Below are positions 17,008 to 26,041 of a stretch of DNA of 55,062 nt, piece by piece. Within the stretch, counting starts at the first letter, position 1; each line of letters begins with the position of its first letter. Where the stretch lies: positions 1 to 55,062 of the IMG/VR virus record IMGVR_UViG_3300012156_000001; one strand, 5' to 3'. The notes under the pieces were generated by a model. The model was not told where the DNA came from, did not search any database, and was given only the letters and a program-made list of their open reading frames with translations. This stretch comes from a virus. The translations under genes were made by a program, and so were the position numbers.

Positions 17008-18555
17008 TTGACCGAAACAGATTTGATAAACGCAAGGATTCGCTTCTACGGACGCGGCCGGACAAATAAAGATATCACGCGCATTATCCTCAACGAATGG
17101 CGCAACGGCGAAGACGCGCAGACCATTAAGGATATGCTTGACGCGGAAAAGTACTTCCTTGTCGAAAATACGACTATAGCCATGAAGCGGCGCGACCTAC
17201 CCGGATATGGCGAGAACAAAACCCTGTCGAACGCTAAAATACCATCAGCGTTTTTAAATGAGAGTGTTACCGAAAAAAGCAATTACGCATTAGGCAAACC
17301 GTTCGCCATCAGCGTAGAAAGCCCGCTGCCGGAAACAATCGACGAAACAGGTAATCCGATTGAGGATCCCCAAAAGATAATCTATCAAGAAGAATGGACA
17401 AAATATCTCACTTCCGAGCGCAGAAAAACAATCAGAAGGATAGGCAAGCAAGGGGCCATCAACAAAGGTATTGGGTTTGCTTATGTTTCCATCGACCAGA
17501 CCGGCGATCTCGCTATACAACACATGGAATCTGAACAGATGTATCCGGAGTGGTCGGATAATGAGCACACCATACTTGATGTCATGGTTAGGGATTACAT
17601 AGAAGTCCATTACATTAACGGGAATCGCGAGGATGTCAACAAAGTTGAGTTTTGGGACAAGGAAATAGTCGAGAGGTATATCGACAAGGGACAAGGCGCA
17701 TTAATACCAGACTCGGATAACCCCGGGCCGACGGCACACATGGACCAGGAAGGCATAGGGATATCGTGGGGGAAAGCCCCGTTCATTGCATTCAAGGGTA
17801 ATGAGGATGAATTGCCGGCACTCAATCCAATCAGAGAGCTTATAGACAGCTATGACAAGCTACAGAGCAAGATGGTGGATTCCATCATGGATGCCCTGGA
17901 GCCGGTTCTCGCGCTTGAAGGATATTCGCCGGAGCTGGGTGACTTGATCGCACAACGGGCAATTATGCAGAACTCACGCATTGTAGCTCCCGGAGTGGGC
18001 GGCAAGGCTTATTATGTGCAGGCCAGTCCGGAGATTATAGCTACGGAAACCGCACTCAAAATTATAGAGAAAAACATCCGCAAGGCTGCGCAAATGATTA
18101 TGACTACCGACAGCGACACATCGAGTGACACATCGGGAATTGCGCTTAAGTTCCGCTTCCAGGGACTTGACACTTACACAGACGGGTTGGAGGCAGAATT
18201 TGAAGTATTCATGCAACAGCTCAAATACTTTTTCGATATCTGGTTAGAATTTAAGGGCGTTGGCACAGCCAAGCAGTGGTCGCAATATAAGCTAATCGCT
18301 ACACTCAATCGTGATATGATGGTGAACGAATCAGAGGCCATCGAGGATACGGTCAAGCTTGCGGCAACTGGTGTATCTCAAGAAACGCTCGATAACTGGA
18401 ATCCGGCGACAGAATCGCATGAGATCGAGCAGCAGCGGCGCGAACGCGAAGCCAAGGCCGCTTTGTCCGACATGAGTGCAGAGCGGGAACTTGCAAGGCT
18501 ACGGGAAGAAAATGAGAGGTTGACACAGGAGGGAGATAACGATGAACGAGCATGA
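17008..18555 (+). CDS. portal protein (SPP1 Gp6-like)
   Basis: 515 aa, directly after TerL, acidic C-terminal tail; TTG start. Confidence 0.85.
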   Translation: MTETDLINARIRFYGRGRTNKDITRIILNEWRNGEDAQTIKDMLDAEKYFLVENTTIAMKRRDLPGYGENKTLSNAKIPSAFLNESVTEKSNYALGKPFAISVESPLPETIDETGNPIEDPQKIIYQEEWTKYLTSERRKTIRRIGKQGAINKGIGFAYVSIDQTGDLAIQHMESEQMYPEWSDNEHTILDVMVRDYIEVHYINGNREDVNKVEFWDKEIVERYIDKGQGALIPDSDNPGPTAHMDQEGIGISWGKAPFIAFKGNEDELPALNPIRELIDSYDKLQSKMVDSIMDALEPVLALEGYSPELGDLIAQRAIMQNSRIVAPGVGGKAYYVQASPEIIATETALKIIEKNIRKAAQMIMTTDSDTSSDTSGIALKFRFQGLDTYTDGLEAEFEVFMQQLKYFFDIWLEFKGVGTAKQWSQYKLIATLNRDMMVNESEAIEDTVKLAATGVSQETLDNWNPATESHEIEQQRREREAKAALSDMSAERELARLREENERLTQEGDNDERA

Positions 18556-18742
18556 CCTAATCAGATTTATGGGGAGATTCCCGGACGCAATAAACCAGCC
18601 TCCATGGGTGGCAAAGAAATGGAAGTGTAGCTTGTGCGGCGATATTGTTAAACATGAACACGCGATAGAAAATCCCGCGCCATGCAAAATATGTGGTTCG
18701 ATAGGATTTGAACCGTTAGAGCGGGAGGGTGAGGGAGAATGA
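18542..18742 (+). CDS. small Zn-ribbon protein
   Basis: CSLCG...CKICG. Confidence 0.5.
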   Translation: MNEHDLIRFMGRFPDAINQPPWVAKKWKCSLCGDIVKHEHAIENPAPCKICGSIGFEPLEREGEGE

Positions 18743-19209
18743 CATATTTACTTTACAAAATCTATTACGGCGATTGGGTAGCCTATTTAGGACGAACAAA
18801 ACAGCCGCTTCAAACTCGTTTGCGCGGTCATTTCTTCAACAAGCCAATGCACAAGAAAATTGACATTGAGGACGTAACGCGGATTGAATATGCAGAATGC
18901 AAAACCATAGCGGATATGTACCTTTACGAAATCTATTATATAAACCTTTTGACCCCGCCTATTAACTGCGACGACAAGGCGTCTGACGGATTAACAGTTT
19001 CATTGCCAGAATTGGACTGGAAACCGTATGATTGCCCATTGATGGACAAATGGAAAGCCGAACTGGCGGGGCGTGAGATACAGCACAGAGTTGCCCGACA
19101 AAAAGAAATAGATAATTTTAATTTGCGCCGCGAATTAAGAAAGCGCCATGCAGACGGTGAACTATCGGATGATGAATACGAAGAGCGGCTTGAGGCAATA
19201 GGTTTTTAG
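18739..19209 (+). CDS. GIY-YIG domain protein (homing-endonuclease-like)
   Basis: YKIYYGDWVAYLGRTKQPLQTRLRGH ... YLYEIYYINLLTPPIN gives a GIY / YIG / R..H / E / N layout. Confidence 0.6.
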   Translation: MTYLLYKIYYGDWVAYLGRTKQPLQTRLRGHFFNKPMHKKIDIEDVTRIEYAECKTIADMYLYEIYYINLLTPPINCDDKASDGLTVSLPELDWKPYDCPLMDKWKAELAGREIQHRVARQKEIDNFNLRRELRKRHADGELSDDEYEERLEAIGF

Positions 19210-19258
19210 CCGTTTTCCTCTTTAGCCTTCGTCCTCCGGCGGGATTATACTTGAAAGG

Positions 19259-19507
19259 ATGGGGAGAATGAAGCTATATCTATTATCGCAGGACGTAAAT
19301 GACGATTACGACACATACGATTCTTGCGTTGTAGCCGCAGAAAACGAAGAAGAAGCAAAAATGATGCACCCGGCAGGCGAGAACAGAAATATACATTCTG
19401 TTTTTACATGGTGCAATATGCCGGATGCAGTCCGATGCAAGTATATCGGAGAAGCTGCGGAGAATATAGAAAAAGGCGTAATTTGCGCAAGCTTTAATGC
19501 GGCGTAA
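19259..19507 (+). CDS. hypothetical protein
   Basis: ATG after AAAGGATGGGGAG. Confidence 0.5.
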   Translation: MGRMKLYLLSQDVNDDYDTYDSCVVAAENEEEAKMMHPAGENRNIHSVFTWCNMPDAVRCKYIGEAAENIEKGVICASFNAA

Positions 19508-19625
19508 GTTTGAAAGGCGGTGATGCTTCATTTCCATACTTAGCAAATCAAAAGAAGCACAAGAGCGCTATTGGACGCAGAGAGCAGAGAGGGTCATACT
19601 GGCTTCGGAAAAGACCGCCGAGGAA

Positions 19626-20927
19626 ATGACGGCTGATCTCGCAAGGCTGTATAGGGAAACTCAAAAGGCTATACAGCGCGAATTGGAAGTGTTCTATGGC
19701 CGTTATTCTCGTGATGTCGGCGTATCCCTCGAAGATGCCCGGAAAGCCCTGAATAAATCAGAATTGAAATCCTATCTCGAACAGACGCAGGAATATTACG
19801 ATGCGATCAAGGAGACGGGGTATGCGTTTGATCCGGCCTACCGGCAGAAGTTGCACCGGAGACTATCTTTAAAATCGGCTGTGAGCCGCCTGGAAGCACT
19901 ACAGGACGATATACAGTGGGAAGTAGAAAAACTGTATGCACAGGAACAAAATGCGTTTAAGGACGGTATGGGCGAGGCGTACGAGGAAAGCTATTACAGG
20001 GCGACATTTAATCTTCAACAGGGATTAGGGTTTGGTTCGCCATTCGCCGCATTAAATACAAGAGTTATCGAAAAGGCTGTATCCGAAAAATGGCAAGGCG
20101 AAAATTATTCAGATCGCATTTGGGCCAATAAGGATAGGCTCACATTGATACTTCAACAAACGATTCCGCAAGGCATAGCACTTGGACAAAATCCTAACAT
20201 TATCGGAAAAACCATACATGACCGGATGTTTGGCCAAGGCGCGACGAAGGGCCATGGTGGCATGATGTGGCGCAGCATCAGCTTGGCCAGAACGGAATTT
20301 AATCACATAACAAATAGTGCCACATGGGATACTTATGTTGAGAGTGGCGTTGTTGAGCGGTATCAATTTTTGGCTACGCTTGACCATCGCACCACGGATT
20401 CATGTCAGGAATTAGATTTGAAAATATTCAAGCTCTCCGAAAAGATGGAGGGAATAAATTACCCGCCGATTTCATCACCGCCACACCCGTGTCGGAGTAC
20501 GACAACTGCATATTTCCCGCCGGACGAAATAGACGCCATGTTTGACGACGTGGCAACCCGGATTGCTCGCGACCCCATCACCGGCAAAAATTATTACGTC
20601 CCCGCCGATATGTCTTACAAAGAGTGGCGTGCAAGTTTGACAGAGGAACAGGGCAAAGCTTTCCTATCTACACAAAAACGCGAAAAGTATTACGAGAGCG
20701 ATAAGGAGCAGCTGGCAAGCTATAAACGATTTATTACAGCTGCCAAAAAGGAGCATGGTAGCGATCTCGTGTCTGGCCTATTTGAGGGAATGCCGACAAC
20801 CATTGCTGAATTCCAAAAAATGAAATATCTGGATTCAAAGAAGTGGGAAATCATCAAGGACAACAGAAGGCAACTGACCGGCAGTTGGTGGAAGGAAGAA
20901 CTTGAAAAAAGAAAGGAAAAGGGATAA
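19626..20927 (+). CDS. head morphogenesis protein (SPP1 gp7 / Mu F-like); frame open and family-like from 19524
   Basis: LARTEFNHITNSA motif, position after portal; upstream in-frame QERYWTQRAERV resembles the family N-terminus. Confidence 0.8.
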   Translation: MTADLARLYRETQKAIQRELEVFYGRYSRDVGVSLEDARKALNKSELKSYLEQTQEYYDAIKETGYAFDPAYRQKLHRRLSLKSAVSRLEALQDDIQWEVEKLYAQEQNAFKDGMGEAYEESYYRATFNLQQGLGFGSPFAALNTRVIEKAVSEKWQGENYSDRIWANKDRLTLILQQTIPQGIALGQNPNIIGKTIHDRMFGQGATKGHGGMMWRSISLARTEFNHITNSATWDTYVESGVVERYQFLATLDHRTTDSCQELDLKIFKLSEKMEGINYPPISSPPHPCRSTTTAYFPPDEIDAMFDDVATRIARDPITGKNYYVPADMSYKEWRASLTEEQGKAFLSTQKREKYYESDKEQLASYKRFITAAKKEHGSDLVSGLFEGMPTTIAEFQKMKYLDSKKWEIIKDNRRQLTGSWWKEELEKRKEKG

Positions 20928-20930
20928 TTG

Positions 20931-21398
20931 ATGGCAAGAGAAGCGGACTTTAGAGAGTTAGAAAAGTTCTTTCAAAATTTCAATGATGCATATTCCGATT
21001 TTGATGATTTCCTACGCAAGTTTCTCCTTGAAATGGCATTAAGGGCAGTGGCAGATATTAAGGGAAATACACCCGAAGATACTGGCGCACTGCGGAATTC
21101 ATGGGGCGTCGGCAATCAGGCGTTGCAGACTGGAAGAACAAAGGAACAAGCCCCATCCGCATTCGAGCAGGCTGCCACGATAGAAAGTGTTGTCGTAGAC
21201 GGAGATTCGCTTCAGATTACTATATTTAATCTGATGGATTACGCTTCATTCGTTGAATTTGGCCACCGGTTCCGGGATGGACGATGGAATGAGGGCAGAT
21301 TAATGATGACGGTTGGAATTGACGAGATACAAAAGCAGATGCCGCTTCGCTTCAACAGGGATTTCAAGGCTTATTTGCGGAGCAAGGGGGCGAACTAA
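20931..21398 (+). CDS. HK97 gp10-like head-tail joining family protein
   Basis: TPEDTGALRNSW motif. Confidence 0.5.
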   Translation: MAREADFRELEKFFQNFNDAYSDFDDFLRKFLLEMALRAVADIKGNTPEDTGALRNSWGVGNQALQTGRTKEQAPSAFEQAATIESVVVDGDSLQITIFNLMDYASFVEFGHRFRDGRWNEGRLMMTVGIDEIQKQMPLRFNRDFKAYLRSKGAN

Positions 21399-21438
21399 TC
21401 TCGCGGGCGGCGCTATGCGTAATTCATGGGAGGTAATT

Positions 21439-21636
21439 ATGAAAAAGATTATTAAGCACGGACGAAAAAAGCCCACAATACAACATGCAACAAAATGATT
21501 CAAATGCGTATCGTGCGATTGCGTATTTGAGTGCGGCATGGATGAATACACATCAGACACACATTATAACTTTCTTGAATACTTTTCTGATTGTCCGGAA
21601 TGCGGAAAGTTAGCTTCCGAAATAAGGATGTGATAA
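21439..21636 (+). other. Zn-ribbon micro-gene interrupted by one in-frame TGA (21496-98)
   Basis: ATG 5 nt after GGGAGG. 19 codons, TGA, then FKCVSCDCVFEC...CPECG in the same frame, ending TGA-TAA. Confidence 0.3.
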
Positions 21637-21675
21637 CCTCGCGCCCAGATGGGCGTTTTATAAAGGCGGTGAAAA

Positions 21676-22077
21676 ATGAACAGCAAAAAACAAATTCAGA
21701 GAATCAAAGGCATATCAAACTGTTTCCGGTGTGGATGGAGAACGCCATTAAATAATGCACCAGAAGGATGCGTCCTTGAGATGAAGAATAAACACGAAAT
21801 AATGAAAGATGGTTATAACAATTGTAATTGTGAAAGATATGTCACAGACATAAGGCTCGAAAAACATATAAAAGACATCATGGGCGATCGGTGCAGCAAT
21901 AATGTCTTAGAAATATCCGACGATGATCTTGAAATGCTCAAAGATATTGCAACGACACATAAGCATTATACCTATCACAGCCCTAGATTGGAGTATGCCG
22001 GCACAAATGAAATTAATGAAATTATAGAAGCGCTTGCCAAGGCTATTGAGGGTTGCTTCAAAGGTGGTGACAGATGA
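21676..22077 (+). CDS. Cys-rich hypothetical protein
   Basis: ATG after AAAGGCGGTG. Confidence 0.6.
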   Translation: MNSKKQIQRIKGISNCFRCGWRTPLNNAPEGCVLEMKNKHEIMKDGYNNCNCERYVTDIRLEKHIKDIMGDRCSNNVLEISDDDLEMLKDIATTHKHYTYHSPRLEYAGTNEINEIIEALAKAIEGCFKGGDR

Positions 22078-22475
22078 AGCATGATTATCTATGCCCCGAC
22101 TGCGGAAAGCGAATAGCGACATACGACGACGATGCCGAGAGTGAAGGTGTTTTCTGCTGGTGCAAATCTTGCCGGGGTGAAAAAGAAATTAAAATAGAAA
22201 ATAATACCCGCATTAACAATTGGCCTTTAGAGATTCCGGAGCACGTGCCGAAATCAGCGAAAACATATTGGGATAGATGTCCACTCTGTCAAATGATCAC
22301 AGAATCAACGCACCCGACACTCAAAATGAAGTATCGTTGTGTACCTGGCGGTGTCAGTATTTTTGTGTCATTGTTAGAAATAGCACATCTGAGCAACGAA
22401 GAATTTTTAAGAATTATTAATTTAAAAATGGAAGAGGCATGTCACTATTGCCAGTGTGAAAGAGAAGAGGAATAA
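22074..22475 (+). CDS. Zn-finger protein (Com-like N-terminal CxxC...CxxC)
   Basis: LCPDCGKRIATYDDDAESEGVFCWCKSCRG; ATGA overlap. Confidence 0.55.
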   Translation: MKHDYLCPDCGKRIATYDDDAESEGVFCWCKSCRGEKEIKIENNTRINNWPLEIPEHVPKSAKTYWDRCPLCQMITESTHPTLKMKYRCVPGGVSIFVSLLEIAHLSNEEFLRIINLKMEEACHYCQCEREEE

Positions 22476-22498
22476 GAGCCAAAAGGAGAGTCGATAGG

Positions 22499-22879
22499 AT
22501 GAAAAAAATTATTAATTGGTTAATACATAAATTGGGCGGATATTCCGAAAAGGAATATTTAGAGCACCGTATCAAATGTGAAGCCGTATCAAATGCACAT
22601 GAAAAAGTTTTGCAATGGTTTAGCCAACCCATAGTTAGCATTCAAGCGAGGGGAGAGCGGTATAGCGTTGCCGTTACTGTTGATCTTAGAGATAACGTCC
22701 CGATTGAGCGTATCAAGCACGACATGTGCAGAAGAATGGCCGACAAGATATTTGATGACGATTTAATTGCGTTTGACGTGGAAGACGATGAGGTGTGTGG
22801 CGGAAAACTTTACCGCGGCACCGTGACATTTTTATTGCCTCCTGGGTTTGGGAGCGAGGTAAGGGAAAGAATTTATTAA
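22499..22879 (+). CDS. hypothetical protein
   Basis: ATG after AAAGGAGAG. Confidence 0.6.
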   Translation: MKKIINWLIHKLGGYSEKEYLEHRIKCEAVSNAHEKVLQWFSQPIVSIQARGERYSVAVTVDLRDNVPIERIKHDMCRRMADKIFDDDLIAFDVEDDEVCGGKLYRGTVTFLLPPGFGSEVRERIY

Positions 22880-22904
22880 AACTGAATAACCAGAGCCATC
22901 AGAG

Positions 22905-22943
22905 CCATTCATTTCCTATCGGAAGTGGGTGGCATTTTTTATT
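22905..22943 (+). terminator. rho-independent terminator inside the head module
   Basis: 12-bp stem (3 G-U pairs) CCATTCATTTCC / GGAAGTGGGTGG, loop TATC, then ATTTTTTATT. Confidence 0.65.
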
Positions 22944-23005
22944 GCAAAAATACGGGCGACGGCCTATAAACGGTAACGCTTTTGAAGCGGATGAAAGGAT
23001 TTATT

Positions 23006-23677
23006 ATGAGCGAACAGGCACAGGCATCAGCAACGCCAGCAGTACCAGCAACACCAGCAACACCAACGGCTCCAGCGCCGGTCACTATGCCTACACAGGC
23101 AGCCACAACGCCCGCCACCGCGGCAACGGTGGACATCGAACAACTTACATCACAGGCAGCCGCAAAAGCCACAGAGGCCGCAGAGAAGAAGATGGAGGCT
23201 GTTTTTAAATCTATGCTCCAGCAAAACGGAATGGATGCTGATTCAATCAATAAAATGACAGCTGAATGGAAGTCCAAGCAGCAGACCCCGGAGCAAGCCA
23301 TGCAGGAATTAACCGGAACAAACCAGACGCTTACCGGACAGGTACAGGACTTGCAGCGCCAGATAGCGGCGATTAGTAAGGGCATCCCTGCCGACAAGGC
23401 CCCAAAATATTTGAAGCTGGCCGAAAGCTATCTGGACAAAGACGGCGACTTTGAAAAGGCGCTTGATGCGGCTTTAGCGGATTTTCCAATTCCCGCGCAG
23501 AATAATCCGGCTCCAGCTCCAGCACCACAACTCCCTGTCGGTGTATCAATTTTCCAGCCAGACGGAAACAGAAGCGGTTCTGCCACATTCACGGCAGAGC
23601 AAATCAAAAGCATGACCCCAGCGCAAATTAATGCGAATTGGGATAATGTGAAAAAAACTTTAAACCAGAAAGGATAA
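23006..23677 (+). CDS. scaffolding protein
   Basis: Ala/Pro/Thr-rich N-terminus, helical charged core, immediately upstream of capsid gene. Confidence 0.75.
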   Translation: MSEQAQASATPAVPATPATPTAPAPVTMPTQAATTPATAATVDIEQLTSQAAAKATEAAEKKMEAVFKSMLQQNGMDADSINKMTAEWKSKQQTPEQAMQELTGTNQTLTGQVQDLQRQIAAISKGIPADKAPKYLKLAESYLDKDGDFEKALDAALADFPIPAQNNPAPAPAPQLPVGVSIFQPDGNRSGSATFTAEQIKSMTPAQINANWDNVKKTLNQKG

Positions 23678-23684
23678 ATAAGAT

Positions 23685-24506
23685 ATGTCAATTCAAACTT
23701 TTATTCCCGTAATTTGGGAAGCCAGATTATTGCAGCATTTAGACAATGCACTTATAGCAAGAAACTTTTTCAATCAGGATTACGAGGGCAACATTACTGA
23801 TCAGGGCGATACCGTCCGTATTAACCAGATTGGAAATGTCAGCATTTTTCAGTACAACCGGAATCAGGACATGACGCCGCCCGAAACGCTTGCCACTTCT
23901 GCACAGGATCTCGTAATTGACCAGGCGCAAGCATTTAATTTCCAGATTGACGACATCGACAGGGTGCAGGCCAGGTCTGAGTTGATGGACAGCGCAATGC
24001 AGAGATCGGCTTACTCGTTGGCAGAAGTCGAAGATACATTTTTGTTTAATTTGCTTGGTGCCGCCGTGCCTACCGCGAACAAGGTAACAGTTACCATTTC
24101 AACTCCTGCGGAGATGTACGAATTACTTGTGCAGTTGAGAAAAATCATGGTAATTAACAATGTTCCATCCATCGGCCGTAAAGTCGCCGTTCCGCCTGAT
24201 GCTATTGCGTTATTGCTGAAAGACGATAGATTTGTCGGCACTGGCGGCACAAATGCAGAAAGCACGTTGCAGTCCGGTTTTGTCGGAAGAGCGGCAGGAT
24301 TTGATATTTTTGAGGTAAACACAACGCCGGGCGGAAATACGGTTATCGCAGGACATCAGCTTGCTTCTACTTTTGCGGGGCAAATTGTAAAAACAGAAGC
24401 ATACCGCATGGAAAAACGTTTTGCAGACGGACTTAAGGGTTTGAGTGTATATGGCGCTAAAACCTTAATTCCCGAGGCGCTTGCGTCCGCAACGGTAACA
24501 TTCTAA
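23685..24506 (+). CDS. major capsid protein (P22-coat-like family suspected)
   Basis: N-terminal FIPVIWEARLL...QDYEGNITDQGDTVRIN pattern, position after scaffold. Confidence 0.8.
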   Translation: MSIQTFIPVIWEARLLQHLDNALIARNFFNQDYEGNITDQGDTVRINQIGNVSIFQYNRNQDMTPPETLATSAQDLVIDQAQAFNFQIDDIDRVQARSELMDSAMQRSAYSLAEVEDTFLFNLLGAAVPTANKVTVTISTPAEMYELLVQLRKIMVINNVPSIGRKVAVPPDAIALLLKDDRFVGTGGTNAESTLQSGFVGRAAGFDIFEVNTTPGGNTVIAGHQLASTFAGQIVKTEAYRMEKRFADGLKGLSVYGAKTLIPEALASATVTF

Positions 24507-24529
24507 TTGCGCTGACGGGAGGTGTATGT

Positions 24530-24757
24530 ATGGGTTTAAAATTCGAGCGGGCAAAAGATGGATCGTGGATCGGATATAGAGCGGGGCATGAAAAAAGCCC
24601 CGCCTTGGTAACTCCAGAAGAAAACGTCGAAGAAAGTAGCGATTATGAAGAGCAGCTTGCTGCCCTTGCTGCCGCGAACGGTATCGACATTGCCGGCAAA
24701 TCCCGTCGGCAGGTAGAAAATCTGCTCAAAAAGGCAGGTGTTGATTATGCTAAGTGA
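24530..24757 (+). CDS. hypothetical protein (75 aa)
   Basis: ATG after GGGAGGTG. Confidence 0.55.
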   Translation: MGLKFERAKDGSWIGYRAGHEKSPALVTPEENVEESSDYEEQLAALAAANGIDIAGKSRRQVENLLKKAGVDYAK

Positions 24758-24896
24758 GTTGAGTCGGAAACAGATAATTCAAAAACGGCAGGAACGGACG
24801 GAAAAGAAGGCCGAGCCTGAAAAAACGGTTACGAAAAAGGTAAAGAAGGAAAGCATATTTGCGCCGGAAAGCGAGGCGGTAACGGATGAATTGTAA
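24747..24896 (+). CDS. small basic protein (49 aa)
   Basis: Fills gap; overlaps both neighbours by about 11 nt; weak RBS. Confidence 0.3.
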   Translation: MLSELSRKQIIQKRQERTEKKAEPEKTVTKKVKKESIFAPESEAVTDEL

Positions 24897-25302
24897 ATAT
24901 TGTTCAAAATCAATTGGCATTGGCGTGGGTATTGAAATTAATAAAGGCGCAGCGGACGGTAACTATCCACAAGTCGCAGTAATTCATCAGTCAAAAAATG
25001 ATACACCAGGCATTGCTCTGCTTAAGGATAACATGGCAAACGGATATTTTGAAATCAATTACTGTCCTATATGCGGCAGAAAATTGACAACAGCGGCGGC
25101 GACGGATGGAATAATCAAAGAGGGTGACAGGGTAAGAGTATTTCCCGCATACCGCTTCGAATGTTGCGACTGCGGCTGTATATTCAAACGCGAAGCCAGG
25201 GAATGCCGGCAATTATCTATCATCGGCGGTTCCGTAGCTTTGATTGCGAAATGTCCGACATGTAATAACGATGTGGAGGTGGTGACTCGTGAACCTACTT
25301 GA
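24886..25302 (+). CDS. double Zn-ribbon protein
   Basis: CKYC...CPICG and CCDCGC...CPTCN. Confidence 0.55.
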   Translation: MNCKYCSKSIGIGVGIEINKGAADGNYPQVAVIHQSKNDTPGIALLKDNMANGYFEINYCPICGRKLTTAAATDGIIKEGDRVRVFPAYRFECCDCGCIFKREARECRQLSIIGGSVALIAKCPTCNNDVEVVTREPT

Positions 25303-25639
25303 TATAGTCAAGACCTTGCTGGGGATAACGGACGCTTCAAGGGACGCGATTCTGACGCTGTATATCGGCATCGTAACGCAAAACATACTAAACACCACCA
25401 ATCGCCAAGAACTGCCCGCAGCGCTCGAAGGTGAGGCCGCTATGATGGTCATGGACATGTATAAAGAGTTGTCCAATACAAGCGGCACGACGGGGAAGGC
25501 AACCTCAATCAGCGAGGCCGGAAGTAGCGTGAGTTTCGATACATCGCAAGCGCAACTGTGGGCTGAAAATCGCTTGAAGCAGCGAGAAGCGCAGATACTT
25601 AGTTTTCGATTGCCGTATAGGATAACGGAAGGAAGGTGA
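25289..25639 (+). CDS. head-tail connector (gp6-like)
   Basis: N-terminal LLDIVKTLLGITDASRDAILTLYI pattern typical of the family. Confidence 0.6.
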   Translation: MNLLDIVKTLLGITDASRDAILTLYIGIVTQNILNTTNRQELPAALEGEAAMMVMDMYKELSNTSGTTGKATSISEAGSSVSFDTSQAQLWAENRLKQREAQILSFRLPYRITEGR

Positions 25640-25643
25640 TGGT

Positions 25644-26039
25644 ATGGCTGGTTTTGACTTTGGGCAGATAGGTGGCATTATTGGCGATTATATGGATAGT
25701 GACGAGATAGACATTTACAGGGCGTCATTGATTGAGTTGCCCGACGGCTCGTTTGCCCCAAGTGACCCGAATGTGCCATTTTATTCCGGTGTCAAGGTTC
25801 ACATATCCTTTTCAGACGTTGATAACCCTGACCCTGTGGCAGTAGGCGCTGTGCCTATCATCCACGCCTTGCGCATTAACTGCGCCGTGGGAATTGACCT
25901 GCAAAATGCTGACAGAATCATAGCGCGAAAGATGGCGGTTGATGGCACAGTGCTTGAAACCTACGAGGGTGTTATCGGCGCGCCGGTGGTCAATCAATCG
26001 CGACAAGAGGCGACGATGAGCGTCAGGCAGGGGGTGTAA
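25644..26039 (+). CDS. head-tail joining protein (head closure candidate)
   Basis: Position only. Confidence 0.4.
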   Translation: MAGFDFGQIGGIIGDYMDSDEIDIYRASLIELPDGSFAPSDPNVPFYSGVKVHISFSDVDNPDPVAVGAVPIIHALRINCAVGIDLQNADRIIARKMAVDGTVLETYEGVIGAPVVNQSRQEATMSVRQGV

Positions 26040-26041
26040 CA

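Noticed and set aside
22982-23110. Tandem DNA repeat (CCAGCA/ACACCAGCA units) as a regulatory repeat
   Set aside because: It lies in frame within the scaffold gene and encodes the Ala/Pro/Thr-rich N-terminal linker (PAVPATPATPTAPAP). It is a coding low-complexity segment.
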